Positions 8,458 to 18,045 of a stretch of 44,885 bases of DNA are shown here, piece after piece (within the stretch, counting starts at the first letter, position 1; each line of letters begins with the position of its first letter). The stretch spans positions 1 to 44,885 of the forward strand of contig JANYCI010000340.1 in NCBI GenBank assembly GCA_025360325.1. The letters run 5' to 3'. A program made the translations under genes and the position numbers. The notes beneath the pieces were generated by a model. That model had not been told where the DNA came from, made no database searches, and worked only from the letters and a program-made list of their open reading frames with translations. The DNA is from Limisphaerales bacterium. GTDB lineage: Bacteria > Verrucomicrobiota > Verrucomicrobiia > Limisphaerales > UBA11358.

Positions 8458-11400
8458 TCAAAGTTTCGGCGTCTTGGTGTCCGCCTCGGATAATTTTTTT
8501 AACGTCGGCAAAAAAACGGTGACACGACTAACTTTTTGCGCGAGCGCGATGCCCTTTTTCTTTTTAGTCAGATCCTCTTCTGACGCGTCGTTTTTCGCCG
8601 TGTCATTTTTGGTCGCCTCTGAGGAAGCACCCGTGCTGGCGGCGTTTGCGGCGGTGCCGACCTCGGTGCCTTTTTGCCCACTGGTGCCGCCGGAAATCGC
8701 TCCATTGGAAATCAGCGCGGCATCAATACTCCCGCCGCTCGCGCTCACGCCGCCCACGCCGATGAGCGTGCCAGAGACATTGCCACCGGCACTCGCGCTG
8801 ATGCTGCCTTGGGCGAGCGCGGTGACATTCACGTTTTGCTGCGCGCTCAAGTCAATCGTGTTGCGCGCAAAAATCACGCCGAGGATGCTGCCGCTGCTTT
8901 GCAATTTCACCGTGCTGCCGATGACGCCGGAGCCGCTCGCATCAATGTCGCGACCATCAGAAATTTTCACCGCCGTGCCGTTGTGAAGATTTGCCGCCGT
9001 CACCGCCTGCCCCGCGCTGTCGCGCATTTCGTAGCCAGCCAACACCTGCACGATCGCATCTGGCGCTTGGTTATGGCTGAATGGTAATTGCACGATTCCA
9101 CCCGCGCTGGCATTGACTTTGCCGTTCGGTGTTTCGACCAGAAGGTTGCCAACGAGGTTGTCTGAATTGGGAAATAACTGCGGATCAACTGACGGCGGAA
9201 AAGTCGTCGCCAAAATGCCGCTGCCGGGAATGGACGGCGTGTAAGTTTTCACCGCGTGCGTCACCGGGTCCACAAAAACTTCCGTGACCGCTGCGACCCC
9301 GCGTCCGCCCGTGCCGGCATTGATATCGCCATGCAATGATTCAACGGTGACGTTGCCGCCGTCATAGGCCGCGATGCGCGAACCGTTCACATTGATGTCG
9401 CCACCAGCCACCACGAGCACGTCTGCTTTCGCCGCCGTAAAAATGCCGCGCGCCACCGCATCGCTGCCCGCGAAAGTCGTCGAGCCGACATTGACATTGC
9501 CACCCGCGCGCACCGTCACCGCGCCGCCGTTCTGCGACGAAATCGTGGTGGAAAACATATTGAGATCGTGCGTGAGGTTCACGTTGATGGCCGCGCCGTG
9601 ATTGAAATAATTTGCAAGCGCAGTGTTGTTGATCGGGCCGACGGATTGGATGCCGAGCGTGGCGCCCAAATCCATATTGCGGGCAGTGAAATCAAACTTG
9701 CCGCCGCCGCCGATAAAATAGCCGGTGCCAGCCGACGTGGGAATGTCCTGCGTGGAATTGTAGAGATCGGTGGCTTGGGCGGAGTCGAGAATGGAAACCG
9801 TGGCGAGGACAGGATTGCCCGCGTCATCCACGAGCAGGTTGCCCTCGGCATCGCGCCGCTGGATAGTCAAGCTCGTGAGCGAGGCGAATTGGTCGCTGCT
9901 CATGCGACCTTGAAACGTCAGGACGTGCGTGGTCGGATCGTAGTTCAACCGGCTCAACAGCGCGGCGAAAGTATCTCTGTAAGGATATGCCTGACCCAGC
10001 AGCGCGAGATCAGGCGCGCTCGCCAGCGTGAGGGTGGTGAACTCATTGCGGTTCACAATGTCGCCGGTGACATTGATGCGCGTGGTGTCCGTGGCGGATA
10101 AATTTTGCCCGCTGAACCGGCTGTTATTCAGGTTGCCGCCGACGTTGATCATCGCGGCTTCATTGGCGTTGAACAGCACGCCGCTCATGTCGCCGGAAAT
10201 ATTCAGCATGACTGGCGTGGAATTATTCAAATGCAACGGCACCGGCGCGTGGCCGGTGAACGCAGAGTTTTTAAGGTATTGTCTATCGGCACTGTCAGAC
10301 ATTGTGAGTGCCGTGAGACCACTAGACGAGGTGCCGCTGAAATTACCGCTGGCCGTCGTGGTGATTTGCACGCTGCCTTGCGCGGAAGGAAACAACATCA
10401 CATCGCGATCCAGGGTCACGCCACCCGCGCCCGCCGTGAGATTGAGGATGCTGGGGAAAATTTCTGGGATGCCCGCTTCAAACTTGCCGCCGTTGCGCGG
10501 CAGACCGGCACCGGAAAGTTCGATGCCGTTACCCGCCACCAAGCTCACCGAGGCGTCGGGTGCGTAATCAAAAAAATGCTGGCTGGGAGATGGCTTGCCG
10601 CCGCTGGCGTTGCCGTTGAGCGAATTGAAAATACCGTTCGGGTTGCGAACTTCTTGAAGAAAAATATTATCCGCCGCCGTCACGTTCCAGCCGCCTTTCA
10701 CGAGGCTCAACGCGAGTTGTTTTCCAGAATTTCCGGCGTCATTACCAGCAGTGATTTTGCCCGCGCCATTCGCGACGACAAAATGTCCGAGCACATCGCG
10801 CCCGGCATTGATAGTGACATCGCCCGCCGCGCTGCCAAACGCGCCGCTCCCCGCATCGCCGCCGGGCGTTTTGGTCGTCGGCTGAAAACTGATCACATCC
10901 AGTCCGGCATTGAGCGTCACGTTGCCGCCTGCCGCCGTGCTGATGCCGCCAAGTTCCGAATCCACCGCGTAATTTGCCGTGCTGCCATCGGTCGGAGCTT
11001 GAAATACATAGCCCTTCGCTGCCGTGCCGGTGTTGATCGAACCGCCGAGCGCAGTCGCATTGATGTTGCCGCCACCCGTCGTCCGCACGAAGCCTGCGCC
11101 GACCATGATGTTATTGCCCGCGAGCAAATTCACCTCTCCGGAGTTCATCTGAATCGCGCCGCTGAAATTTTTCCCGTTGCCGCCGTTGAGAAAAATATTT
11201 CCCGTGCCGACCTGCGGAATGCCCGTGGAAAAATCCACGCCCGCCAGCACGTTCAACGCCCACGCGCCGCCATCGGTGATGAGTGAATTGTTGCCAAAAA
11301 TCACATCGCCACCGGCCAGCAACGAAACCGTCCCTGACGTGATGCCTGCGGTCATGCCGCTCAAATCCCAGATCGTGCCCGCGCTCAACGTGATGTTGCC

Positions 11401-12588
11401 CGTGGCTTGTAATTTGATGTTGGAAAAATTTTTATTCGCGAACGCCGTGTTCACATTCAGATTCAGCGTGCCGCCGCCGCTCGGCCCAACCGTGCCATCG
11501 CCGGGAATAGTGCCGCTGCCGGAATTGCCGATCACGATGTTTGCTGGGTCGAGCAAAAATTCGCTGCCGGTGAAACCTGCCTGCGCGCGGGCATCCATCG
11601 CCGAATCCAGCGACCTCACATTCGGCGCGCTCACTTCCACATTGCCGCCGTTGCCGCCGTGCGCGCCACCGGTCGTGACGATGGAACTCGACGCCGTGTC
11701 GTGAAAATTATTTTCCGATTTCAACGTCACCGTTCCGCCCGCGCTGCCGACGAGCGCATCATCACCGCGCGCAAAAATTTTTGAATGGTCGCCCAGACTT
11801 AAATCATCGGCGGCTAAAAATTCGATGACTCCATTTTGATTTCGCACCGAGTTCGCCTGCACGAGTCCATCCTGATTCACCACTTTGGCATTGAGCGCGA
11901 CCACTCCGCCATCCGCCACGATGTTGCCGTAATTATTCACCGCACCGCGCGGCAGCACCACATCCATGCTCATGCCGCGTCCATCAGGCCGTTCGCTCAA
12001 CGTCACTTTCTGACCGGCGGCAAAACCGATGCTGCCGCCGGGCGCTTCGAGATCGCCATGATTTTCCACCTTGTCCGCGATGAGAAAAACACTGCCTTTT
12101 TCGCCGACTTTGATCGTCCCGAAATTCACGATGCTCGCGAGCGGCGGTGGGCCGTTGAATTCCCACGCGCCGCCGGAATTTTGCGGTGGCATACAATTCG
12201 CAGTGGACACCACGAGTCCCGCCGCGCTGACGAATGAGTTCGGCCCAAAATAAAAGCCCGATGAATTCAGCAGCACGACGACGCCGTTCGCTTGAATGCT
12301 GCCGAAAATTTGCGATGGATTCGGATCGTTCACGCGGTTCCACACGATGGACGTGGCGGAGGGCTGATTGAAAATCGTGCGCTCGCCGTTCGCGATGTTG
12401 AACGTGGACCAATTGATCTGCGCGTTGTTCGCCGCGTTGACGGTGAGCTGCTGGCCGTTCACGGAAAAAGTGGCCACGCCGTTTTGCACCGTGAAGCCGG
12501 TAGGCAAAGCGACGGCGTTGCCAGTCAATGCCGCCAGCATTGCCGCCGTAGTGGCATGATGAGAACGGAGATTTTTTTTCTTTCTCAT
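8458..12588 (-). CDS. Filamentous-haemagglutinin-family two-partner-secretion exoprotein (TpsA-like)
   Basis: Signal peptide then TPS domain (INWSTFNI...FNQP...VWNRV...SQIFGSIQANGVVVLLNSSG), LLDPANIVI motif, long G/N/T/A-rich beta-helical repeats. Start ATG 12588 (MRKKKN...) preferred over 12660. Confidence 0.88.
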   Translation of the reverse strand: MRKKKNLRSHHATTAAMLAALTGNAVALPTGFTVQNGVATFSVNGQQLTVNAANNAQINWSTFNIANGERTIFNQPSATSIVWNRVNDPNPSQIFGSIQANGVVVLLNSSGFYFGPNSFVSAAGLVVSTANCMPPQNSGGAWEFNGPPPLASIVNFGTIKVGEKGSVFLIADKVENHGDLEAPGGSIGFAAGQKVTLSERPDGRGMSMDVVLPRGAVNNYGNIVADGGVVALNAKVVNQDGLVQANSVRNQNGVIEFLAADDLSLGDHSKIFARGDDALVGSAGGTVTLKSENNFHDTASSSIVTTGGAHGGNGGNVEVSAPNVRSLDSAMDARAQAGFTGSEFLLDPANIVIGNSGSGTIPGDGTVGPSGGGTLNLNVNTAFANKNFSNIKLQATGNITLSAGTIWDLSGMTAGITSGTVSLLAGGDVIFGNNSLITDGGAWALNVLAGVDFSTGIPQVGTGNIFLNGGNGKNFSGAIQMNSGEVNLLAGNNIMVGAGFVRTTGGGNINATALGGSINTGTAAKGYVFQAPTDGSTANYAVDSELGGISTAAGGNVTLNAGLDVISFQPTTKTPGGDAGSGAFGSAAGDVTINAGRDVLGHFVVANGAGKITAGNDAGNSGKQLALSLVKGGWNVTAADNIFLQEVRNPNGIFNSLNGNASGGKPSPSQHFFDYAPDASVSLVAGNGIELSGAGLPRNGGKFEAGIPEIFPSILNLTAGAGGVTLDRDVMLFPSAQGSVQITTTASGNFSGTSSSGLTALTMSDSADRQYLKNSAFTGHAPVPLHLNNSTPVMLNISGDMSGVLFNANEAAMINVGGNLNNSRFSGQNLSATDTTRINVTGDIVNRNEFTTLTLASAPDLALLGQAYPYRDTFAALLSRLNYDPTTHVLTFQGRMSSDQFASLTSLTIQRRDAEGNLLVDDAGNPVLATVSILDSAQATDLYNSTQDIPTSAGTGYFIGGGGKFDFTARNMDLGATLGIQSVGPINNTALANYFNHGAAINVNLTHDLNMFSTTISSQNGGAVTVRAGGNVNVGSTTFAGSDAVARGIFTAAKADVLVVAGGDINVNGSRIAAYDGGNVTVESLHGDINAGTGGRGVAAVTEVFVDPVTHAVKTYTPSIPGSGILATTFPPSVDPQLFPNSDNLVGNLLVETPNGKVNASAGGIVQLPFSHNQAPDAIVQVLAGYEMRDSAGQAVTAANLHNGTAVKISDGRDIDASGSGVIGSTVKLQSSGSILGVIFARNTIDLSAQQNVNVTALAQGSISASAGGNVSGTLIGVGGVSASGGSIDAALISNGAISGGTSGQKGTEVGTAANAASTGASSEATKNDTAKNDASEEDLTKKKKGIALAQKVSRVTVFLPTLKKLSEADTKTPKL

Positions 12589-12610
12589 AAAATTATTCGT
12601 GCTCGTAAAA

Positions 12611-15562
12611 TCAAAATTGCCCGCCCGCGCCAAAATAAACGTGCATTCCATCGCCGCCATAATTGTTGGCGATAGATTTTGGAAATGGGTTCATGACCGG
12701 CCAGGCCAGCATGACGCGCGCATCCAGATGGCTGCCAATGCTGGCCGTGAGACCACAACCAGCGCCCATAAACTCGATGCTCTTGGGCGTTTGCGGCGTG
12801 GTTGAATAGGTAAATAATTGCCCGTAGTCCAAGAACACGGAGCCGCGCATCCACATCGGCACATCGCCGTCCCATACCCCGACATTGATCAATGGTGTCC
12901 GGGGTTCGATGGACGCGCGCCAGCCGGCATCACCTTGACTTGAGCCTTCAGAAAAACCGCGCACGCCAGCGGTGCCACCCATCGAAAAGCGTTCGTTGGA
13001 AAAGAGCGGCGTGGAGGCCCACTGGCCATCGGCGCGTATCAGCATCGTCCAGTCGTGATACAGCCGTTGCTCGCGCACAACGCCCGCTTGGATGGTGAAA
13101 TAATTATCCCGCGCCCGCGCTGGCGTGTTCGTGGAAATGACGTGCGTGACGGCATTGCTGATTATGGTAGCTGGCACACCCGCGCTGTAAGCCAGTTGCG
13201 AGAGCGAGCCGACGCTACCGATATTGTAATTGCCTTGAACATTGAACGAGGACGAACCGTATTTATCCGGGTGAAAAGTGCTGAAGCCTAGGTTGAGCGG
13301 AAAATAGGTCACCGCCGAGTGCCGCGTCGGTTGCGCTGAAGGAATCGTCTGAATCAGGTTCGTCGGCCCGAACTGGTTCGTGTAGGTGATCGTGGCAATA
13401 AAGTTGTTAGTATTGTAACTGACTTGGTTGTATTGCTTGTAGTCCACGCCGAATGAAAGGCTGGAAGCAAACTTGCCCAAAGTTGGTAAGGGTAAATTAA
13501 ATTTTGCACCGAGGTTTTGATTCAGCGTGACGTTCTGGCCGGAGTCTTGCGAATCAATCACCACTAGGTTTGGCGGCGGAATAATGTGCTTGAGAGTGCC
13601 CAACTGAACGCCCGTATCAGAAACCGCGCGGGAGGTGTAAAGCGTCAGTTCGGGATGCCCGGACGGCGGCGGCATGACAAACTTGTGCGTGACTTCGTTG
13701 TAGCCAAACTGCCCGTGGCCATCGTCAATCTGCTTCTGGATGGATTGCGTGTGCGCCAGCGGCAGCCGGTAATAAAGACTCTGGTTCGCGATCAGCGGCA
13801 GGTCGAGCGGCGAAAAATAAAAATTTTTTCCGCTGTTAAAACTCAATGGCGAAAAACCGTAGGCGAAACCGATCTGATGTTCCAACTGCCAGAGGTTGCC
13901 GTATTGGGCGTTGCCGGTGACGCGCGCCTCCGGCGTGCCGGGCGTGCCGGAGTTGTTGATCTCCACGCGACCGTGGACGGGAAAACGGTCTTTCACTTTC
14001 AGCGCCAGCTCGGTCGTGCCCGGCTCCGGGCCGGGGCTGATGACGGGATAAATTTGGCGGTCACGATTCGCGTTCGCCGCGTCCAGTTCGGTTTGAAAGA
14101 CGTGTGAATTCAGCATCATGTTCGAGCGCAGACTGGGCAACGAACGTAAAACATTTTCGGTGCTGAAATACTCGTTGCCCTTCACGGTCACGCCAGATAA
14201 ACGCCCTTCGGTCACTTTGATTTTCACCGTGGCGTTCGTCAATTTCTGCGGCGGCAAGGCTACCGACACCGTGACGAAACCACGTTCACGATAGGCCATC
14301 TGCAAATCTCCGAGCAGCCCGCGAATGTCGCCGAACACCACGTTTGTGCCGAACGCCGTCGGCGAATTGAGCAGAATTCGTTGCAATTCATTTTCCGGCA
14401 GCAACGAATTTCCTTCGACGAGATAATTTTCCACCTTGAATCCCGCCACCGCATTGGTGGCGGCAGCTTCAGATTTTTTGGCATTGCCCTCGGCCAGTAG
14501 CGTCGGCGACGCCGTCACCAAAATCGTGACCGCTGGTTTCACGGGCGCGGTGTCTGGCGGGAGTGTCACCGGCAAGCTGCTGGGGTCTTGGCGAATCACC
14601 GGCGGGGCTTCAAATAATTTTTGAACGAGCGCCGCCCGCGCTGCCGCTTGCTCCGGGTTGTCCTGCAACTCGGCGCGCACTTCGCCCGCGCAGGCGAACG
14701 AACCCACCACCGCCAGCATTGCCAGTGTGCGATTAGAACTTTTTTTTACCGCCTTCGGAAAATTTTTCTGACGCCACTCGCCCGGCGTGAGGCCGAAACG
14801 TTTTTTGAACATCGTGTTGAACAGGCCGAGGTGCCGGTAGCCGCTCTCGTAAGCGACGTTGATGATTTTCGCGTTGCTGTCCACCAGCAGTTGCCGCGCA
14901 CGCAGGAGCCGTAGTTCGGTCTGGCGATTGCGTAAGGCCACGCCGAATTCCTCGCGAAACATCCGGCTGAAATGGCGCTCGCTGCAATTCAACTCGCCGG
15001 CCAGTTCGGGTAGCAAGCGGATGGCCAGTTCCGCGTCGGGCATTTTACCGATGAATTCCCGGAAACGTTCCCGTAGCCGCAGTTGCAAATTGGCGTCCGG
15101 CACGGGCGCGGTGAGCATATTGCCGATGGCCTGCGACCAGAGTTGCAGCAACCCGGAACGCACCGCCAGCCCCTCGCGCTGTGGCTGGGCGACGAGATGT
15201 TTGAACTTTTGCCCGATGGTATCCTGCGCCGTGAATAAAAAAACTGGCGCGGTATTTTTATCTTCGCACCGCTCCAGCCGGTGCGTCTCCGCGACCGTGA
15301 GCAAGCCGTTGAGAAACTGCGGCTGCACCAAATAAAATTCGAGCCGCAACTGACCGAGCGAACTAGCGCGCAAAATAAATTGAGCGCGGCCATTACAAGT
15401 AAAGCCGTCGCCGGGATTCAGTTCCCGCGCATTGCTGCCTTGCCGCGAATAGCCGACGCCCTCGGCGACACGCAGCACCGTCCAGCCTTGCGCGGACGGA
15501 GTCCATTCGCCGGCGGGATGCAGGGTCAGTTCCTGCAACACCAAGTGTCGTTCAATCGTCAT
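12611..15562 (-). CDS. Fusion: AraC-family regulator + internal signal peptide + POTRA + ShlB/FhaC/HecB (TpsB) beta-barrel
   Basis: AraC double HTH (LAGELNCSERHFSRMFREEFG...LLRARQLL...IINVAYESGYRHLGLFNTMFKKRFGLTPGEWR); then KKSSNRTLAMLAVVGSFACAGEVRA; POTRA (FKVENYLVEGNSLL...YRERGFVTVSVALPPQ); Omp85 motif GGTAGVRGF; C-terminal Phe. Confidence 0.85.
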   Translation of the reverse strand: MTIERHLVLQELTLHPAGEWTPSAQGWTVLRVAEGVGYSRQGSNARELNPGDGFTCNGRAQFILRASSLGQLRLEFYLVQPQFLNGLLTVAETHRLERCEDKNTAPVFLFTAQDTIGQKFKHLVAQPQREGLAVRSGLLQLWSQAIGNMLTAPVPDANLQLRLRERFREFIGKMPDAELAIRLLPELAGELNCSERHFSRMFREEFGVALRNRQTELRLLRARQLLVDSNAKIINVAYESGYRHLGLFNTMFKKRFGLTPGEWRQKNFPKAVKKSSNRTLAMLAVVGSFACAGEVRAELQDNPEQAAARAALVQKLFEAPPVIRQDPSSLPVTLPPDTAPVKPAVTILVTASPTLLAEGNAKKSEAAATNAVAGFKVENYLVEGNSLLPENELQRILLNSPTAFGTNVVFGDIRGLLGDLQMAYRERGFVTVSVALPPQKLTNATVKIKVTEGRLSGVTVKGNEYFSTENVLRSLPSLRSNMMLNSHVFQTELDAANANRDRQIYPVISPGPEPGTTELALKVKDRFPVHGRVEINNSGTPGTPEARVTGNAQYGNLWQLEHQIGFAYGFSPLSFNSGKNFYFSPLDLPLIANQSLYYRLPLAHTQSIQKQIDDGHGQFGYNEVTHKFVMPPPSGHPELTLYTSRAVSDTGVQLGTLKHIIPPPNLVVIDSQDSGQNVTLNQNLGAKFNLPLPTLGKFASSLSFGVDYKQYNQVSYNTNNFIATITYTNQFGPTNLIQTIPSAQPTRHSAVTYFPLNLGFSTFHPDKYGSSSFNVQGNYNIGSVGSLSQLAYSAGVPATIISNAVTHVISTNTPARARDNYFTIQAGVVREQRLYHDWTMLIRADGQWASTPLFSNERFSMGGTAGVRGFSEGSSQGDAGWRASIEPRTPLINVGVWDGDVPMWMRGSVFLDYGQLFTYSTTPQTPKSIEFMGAGCGLTASIGSHLDARVMLAWPVMNPFPKSIANNYGGDGMHVYFGAGGQF

Positions 15563-15721
15563 TTTGCAGCGCGCAGGATGTCGCAGCGAAATGGCGGCTG
15601 CGTTTCAACAACGTGACGAACTGGCAACTTTAGGAAAAATTTCATGTCCGAATAGTGCAGGCGAATTGTGTTGAACGGGTCGCCGACCTAGAAGTTTTGG
15701 CAAAGCGGATTCATCAGCGGC

Positions 15722-15760
15722 AAAAAAAGAACCGGCGCGGTGTGCGGTCACCGCGCCGGT
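15722..15760 (-). terminator. Rho-independent terminator after the PstS-like gene
   Basis: 12-bp perfect stem accggcgcggtg / caccgcgccggt followed on the minus strand by TCTTTTTTT. Confidence 0.85.
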
Positions 15761-15789
15761 CTGGGGGGGAGGGTTGGCAGATGTGTTGA

Positions 15790-17031
15790 TTAAGGCGCGA
15801 TCGGACCGCCAACGGAAGTGCGGAGAACGTTCATGTCGCCCAAGCGGATCGCGTTGCGCGTCGTTTGCGTGGCGATGTCGCCATCAACGGTGTCAACGCC
15901 GCCGACAAAGTTTTCCGGGTTCGAGGTGTCGTAGCCGCAAAGTTTGCGGGTGAAGTTCAGGATGTCGGTGGCATTGATGGTATTGTCGCCGCCGGGGGTC
16001 TTGGGTTGGGCCACGATTTCATACGCCCAATAACTATATTGGCCGTTGCGGCACGAATCATACGACGGCACAGCGGGCACCGCCGCACCAGTCTTGATGT
16101 CGGTGGAAGGATAAGCTCCGTTGTAGGACAGGATGTTCAAGCCCCCGTTCACACCGCGCGCATCGCTGATGCCGACATAGCCGATGGCCACGCACTTGGC
16201 GTTGGAAGCCAAGGCCGGAACTTTCAACACATTGGCCAGATCGCTGCCGCCCACATAGCCGTAGCCATAAAGCGCCGGGCCGAGATTGTTGGTTGCAGCA
16301 TAAAAATTGGCCACGCCGCCGTTGGTCTGCCAGTAATACACCTGCGGCGAACCGGAGACGTTCGCATCCGCATAGGCCGTGACGCGCGTGCCGGAGTCCA
16401 GCGTGCGGTTCACGAGATAGCAGTTCGTGCCCGCGTCGTTGGTGTTGCCAGTGAGATAGGAGAGCTTCACCACGCCGTTGGGCATGAACTGCTGCAACTG
16501 CTGGATGGTGATGTTCGTCACGGTCGCCGGGCAATTCAAGCTACGGACGTAGACGAAGGGTTGCAATGCCACCTGACGTTCAATGAAAGATGCGGCGGCC
16601 AGCGGATACGCCGTCGAGGCCGAGTCCACGTCGGTGAACGCGAGCGTCGCGGTGTTCGTGGTCAGCACCTGGTCGTTCAGCGTGGCGTTCTTGAAATACA
16701 CGCCCTTGTCCGTCACGTCGTAGAGCGCATGGATGCCCTGCACCGAGCCGTTGAAGTTGGCGTGAACAATCACCGTCTGCGAACCGAAGACGGTGCTCAT
16801 CTGGCCGGAGGTGGTCCAGCGGCTGGCCGTCGGGCTGAACGTGGCGGCACCGCTATTCATCGTGAAGGCACTGGAATAGAGGTTGCTAACGGCAAAGAAC
16901 GCGCTCGAGCGGAATGCGGTCGAGCCGGTGAGATAGATGTCTTTTGTTTGCGCCTGCGCGGAGCTGACTCCGAGCAAACAGCCGAGGGCAGACAAGGCGA
17001 GGATTTTTTTCATGGGGTTTAGTTGTTTCAT
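15790..17031 (-). CDS. Secreted PstS/DING-like periplasmic-binding-fold protein
   Basis: Signal peptide (MKKILALSALGCLLGVSSAQA; alternative start 17013). Motifs LTGSTAF, NRTLDSGT, AIGYVG and NGQYSYW parallel the PstS GST, RxxxSGT, IGYV and GxYP motifs in order. Confidence 0.6.
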   Translation of the reverse strand: MKQLNPMKKILALSALGCLLGVSSAQAQTKDIYLTGSTAFRSSAFFAVSNLYSSAFTMNSGAATFSPTASRWTTSGQMSTVFGSQTVIVHANFNGSVQGIHALYDVTDKGVYFKNATLNDQVLTTNTATLAFTDVDSASTAYPLAAASFIERQVALQPFVYVRSLNCPATVTNITIQQLQQFMPNGVVKLSYLTGNTNDAGTNCYLVNRTLDSGTRVTAYADANVSGSPQVYYWQTNGGVANFYAATNNLGPALYGYGYVGGSDLANVLKVPALASNAKCVAIGYVGISDARGVNGGLNILSYNGAYPSTDIKTGAAVPAVPSYDSCRNGQYSYWAYEIVAQPKTPGGDNTINATDILNFTRKLCGYDTSNPENFVGGVDTVDGDIATQTTRNAIRLGDMNVLRTSVGGPIAP

Positions 17032-17064
17032 GGTGTTTAGTTAAAAGTTAATTCAATGTTATTT

Positions 17065-18045
17065 TTATTGTGCAGAAATCATGTAGAAGCGCGGAGTCGT
17101 GGTGGTGGTTTCAGTGAGTGATTGCACCGAATTGTTGCCGCTCACCGAGCCAAGCACCGTCCATGATGCCTTGGGGGTGGTGAGTGTGCTCGTGGCGCGC
17201 AACGTGTAAGTGCCGCTGGAGCCGGTCGTGAAATTAACTGTTGAAAGAGTGCCAACGCGAGTGATTCCCGTGATGACCGGCGTCGTCACCGAGCCGATTG
17301 AGGCAGCGGTAAAAGTCAGCGCACCGCTCGTGCTCAATTGAAAATAACCGAGGTAGGTGGAGGGCGGATGGGAAACGACTGTGCCGCCCGGAACGATCCA
17401 ATACAAATCCGCCCGCACCGGCGAGCCATCGGTCGTGAACGTCGAGGAAGTCGTCTGCTCTGTGATGCCAAAACCGCCCCAGTTGCCAGACACCCCGAGC
17501 AAGCTGTTATAGCTGAACGTCGGCGAGACATTCAACGCCTCGGCCTCGATCAGATAATTCGGCTGGTTCGTATTGACCGCCGCCGGCAACGACGCGCCGA
17601 TGTAATTGCCACCATAACCCGCGCCGTCAACCTTGGCCCGCGTGGTTCCCTGAGCGCTCGCGATGTAACGCAGCCAAGGCGACGACTGAATGTTGTTATC
17701 CGTCCGGGCACGCGTCATGAACAAAGTGTTCTGCTGCGCCGCATCGGGATAAGTCACATCAAAACAGCCGAACGCCGACCACGCTAAATCGTTCGTCGTT
17801 CCAAAAGCGTGCTTCAGCAAAGTGCCAGACAAGTTCGCGATCGTGATCGTGGTTCCCGGCGTCTGGTTGGTGAAGGAAGCGGCCGAACCCGCCCTGACCA
17901 CCAAGTCATTATTGCCACCCGCCGTCAGGCGGAAGCCGACGAGGAGGTCACCATTGTTGTAAGAAAAGGTCTGTGCATTCGTCGCGCAAGCCAGAGCCAG
18001 CGCGGTGCCCGCACAAACTTTTTTGCTCAAAGAAAAAATGTTCAT
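17065..18045 (-). CDS. Secreted/surface protein with verrucomicrobial C-terminal domain
   Basis: Signal peptide ending ATNA-Q; YNNGDLLVGFR N-terminus; Thr/Ser-rich; C-terminal PVITGI...YTLRAT...SW...PRFYMISAQ. Start could be 18045, 18066 or 18075. Confidence 0.75.
   Translation of the reverse strand: MNIFSLSKKVCAGTALALACATNAQTFSYNNGDLLVGFRLTAGGNNDLVVRAGSAASFTNQTPGTTITIANLSGTLLKHAFGTTNDLAWSAFGCFDVTYPDAAQQNTLFMTRARTDNNIQSSPWLRYIASAQGTTRAKVDGAGYGGNYIGASLPAAVNTNQPNYLIEAEALNVSPTFSYNSLLGVSGNWGGFGITEQTTSSTFTTDGSPVRADLYWIVPGGTVVSHPPSTYLGYFQLSTSGALTFTAASIGSVTTPVITGITRVGTLSTVNFTTGSSGTYTLRATSTLTTPKASWTVLGSVSGNNSVQSLTETTTTTPRFYMISAQ

Noticed and set aside
8458-15562. Contact-dependent inhibition (cdiBAI) or haemolysin locus
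   Set aside because: No VENN/pre-toxin motif, toxin domain or credible immunity gene; the small downstream ORF is repeat-derived.
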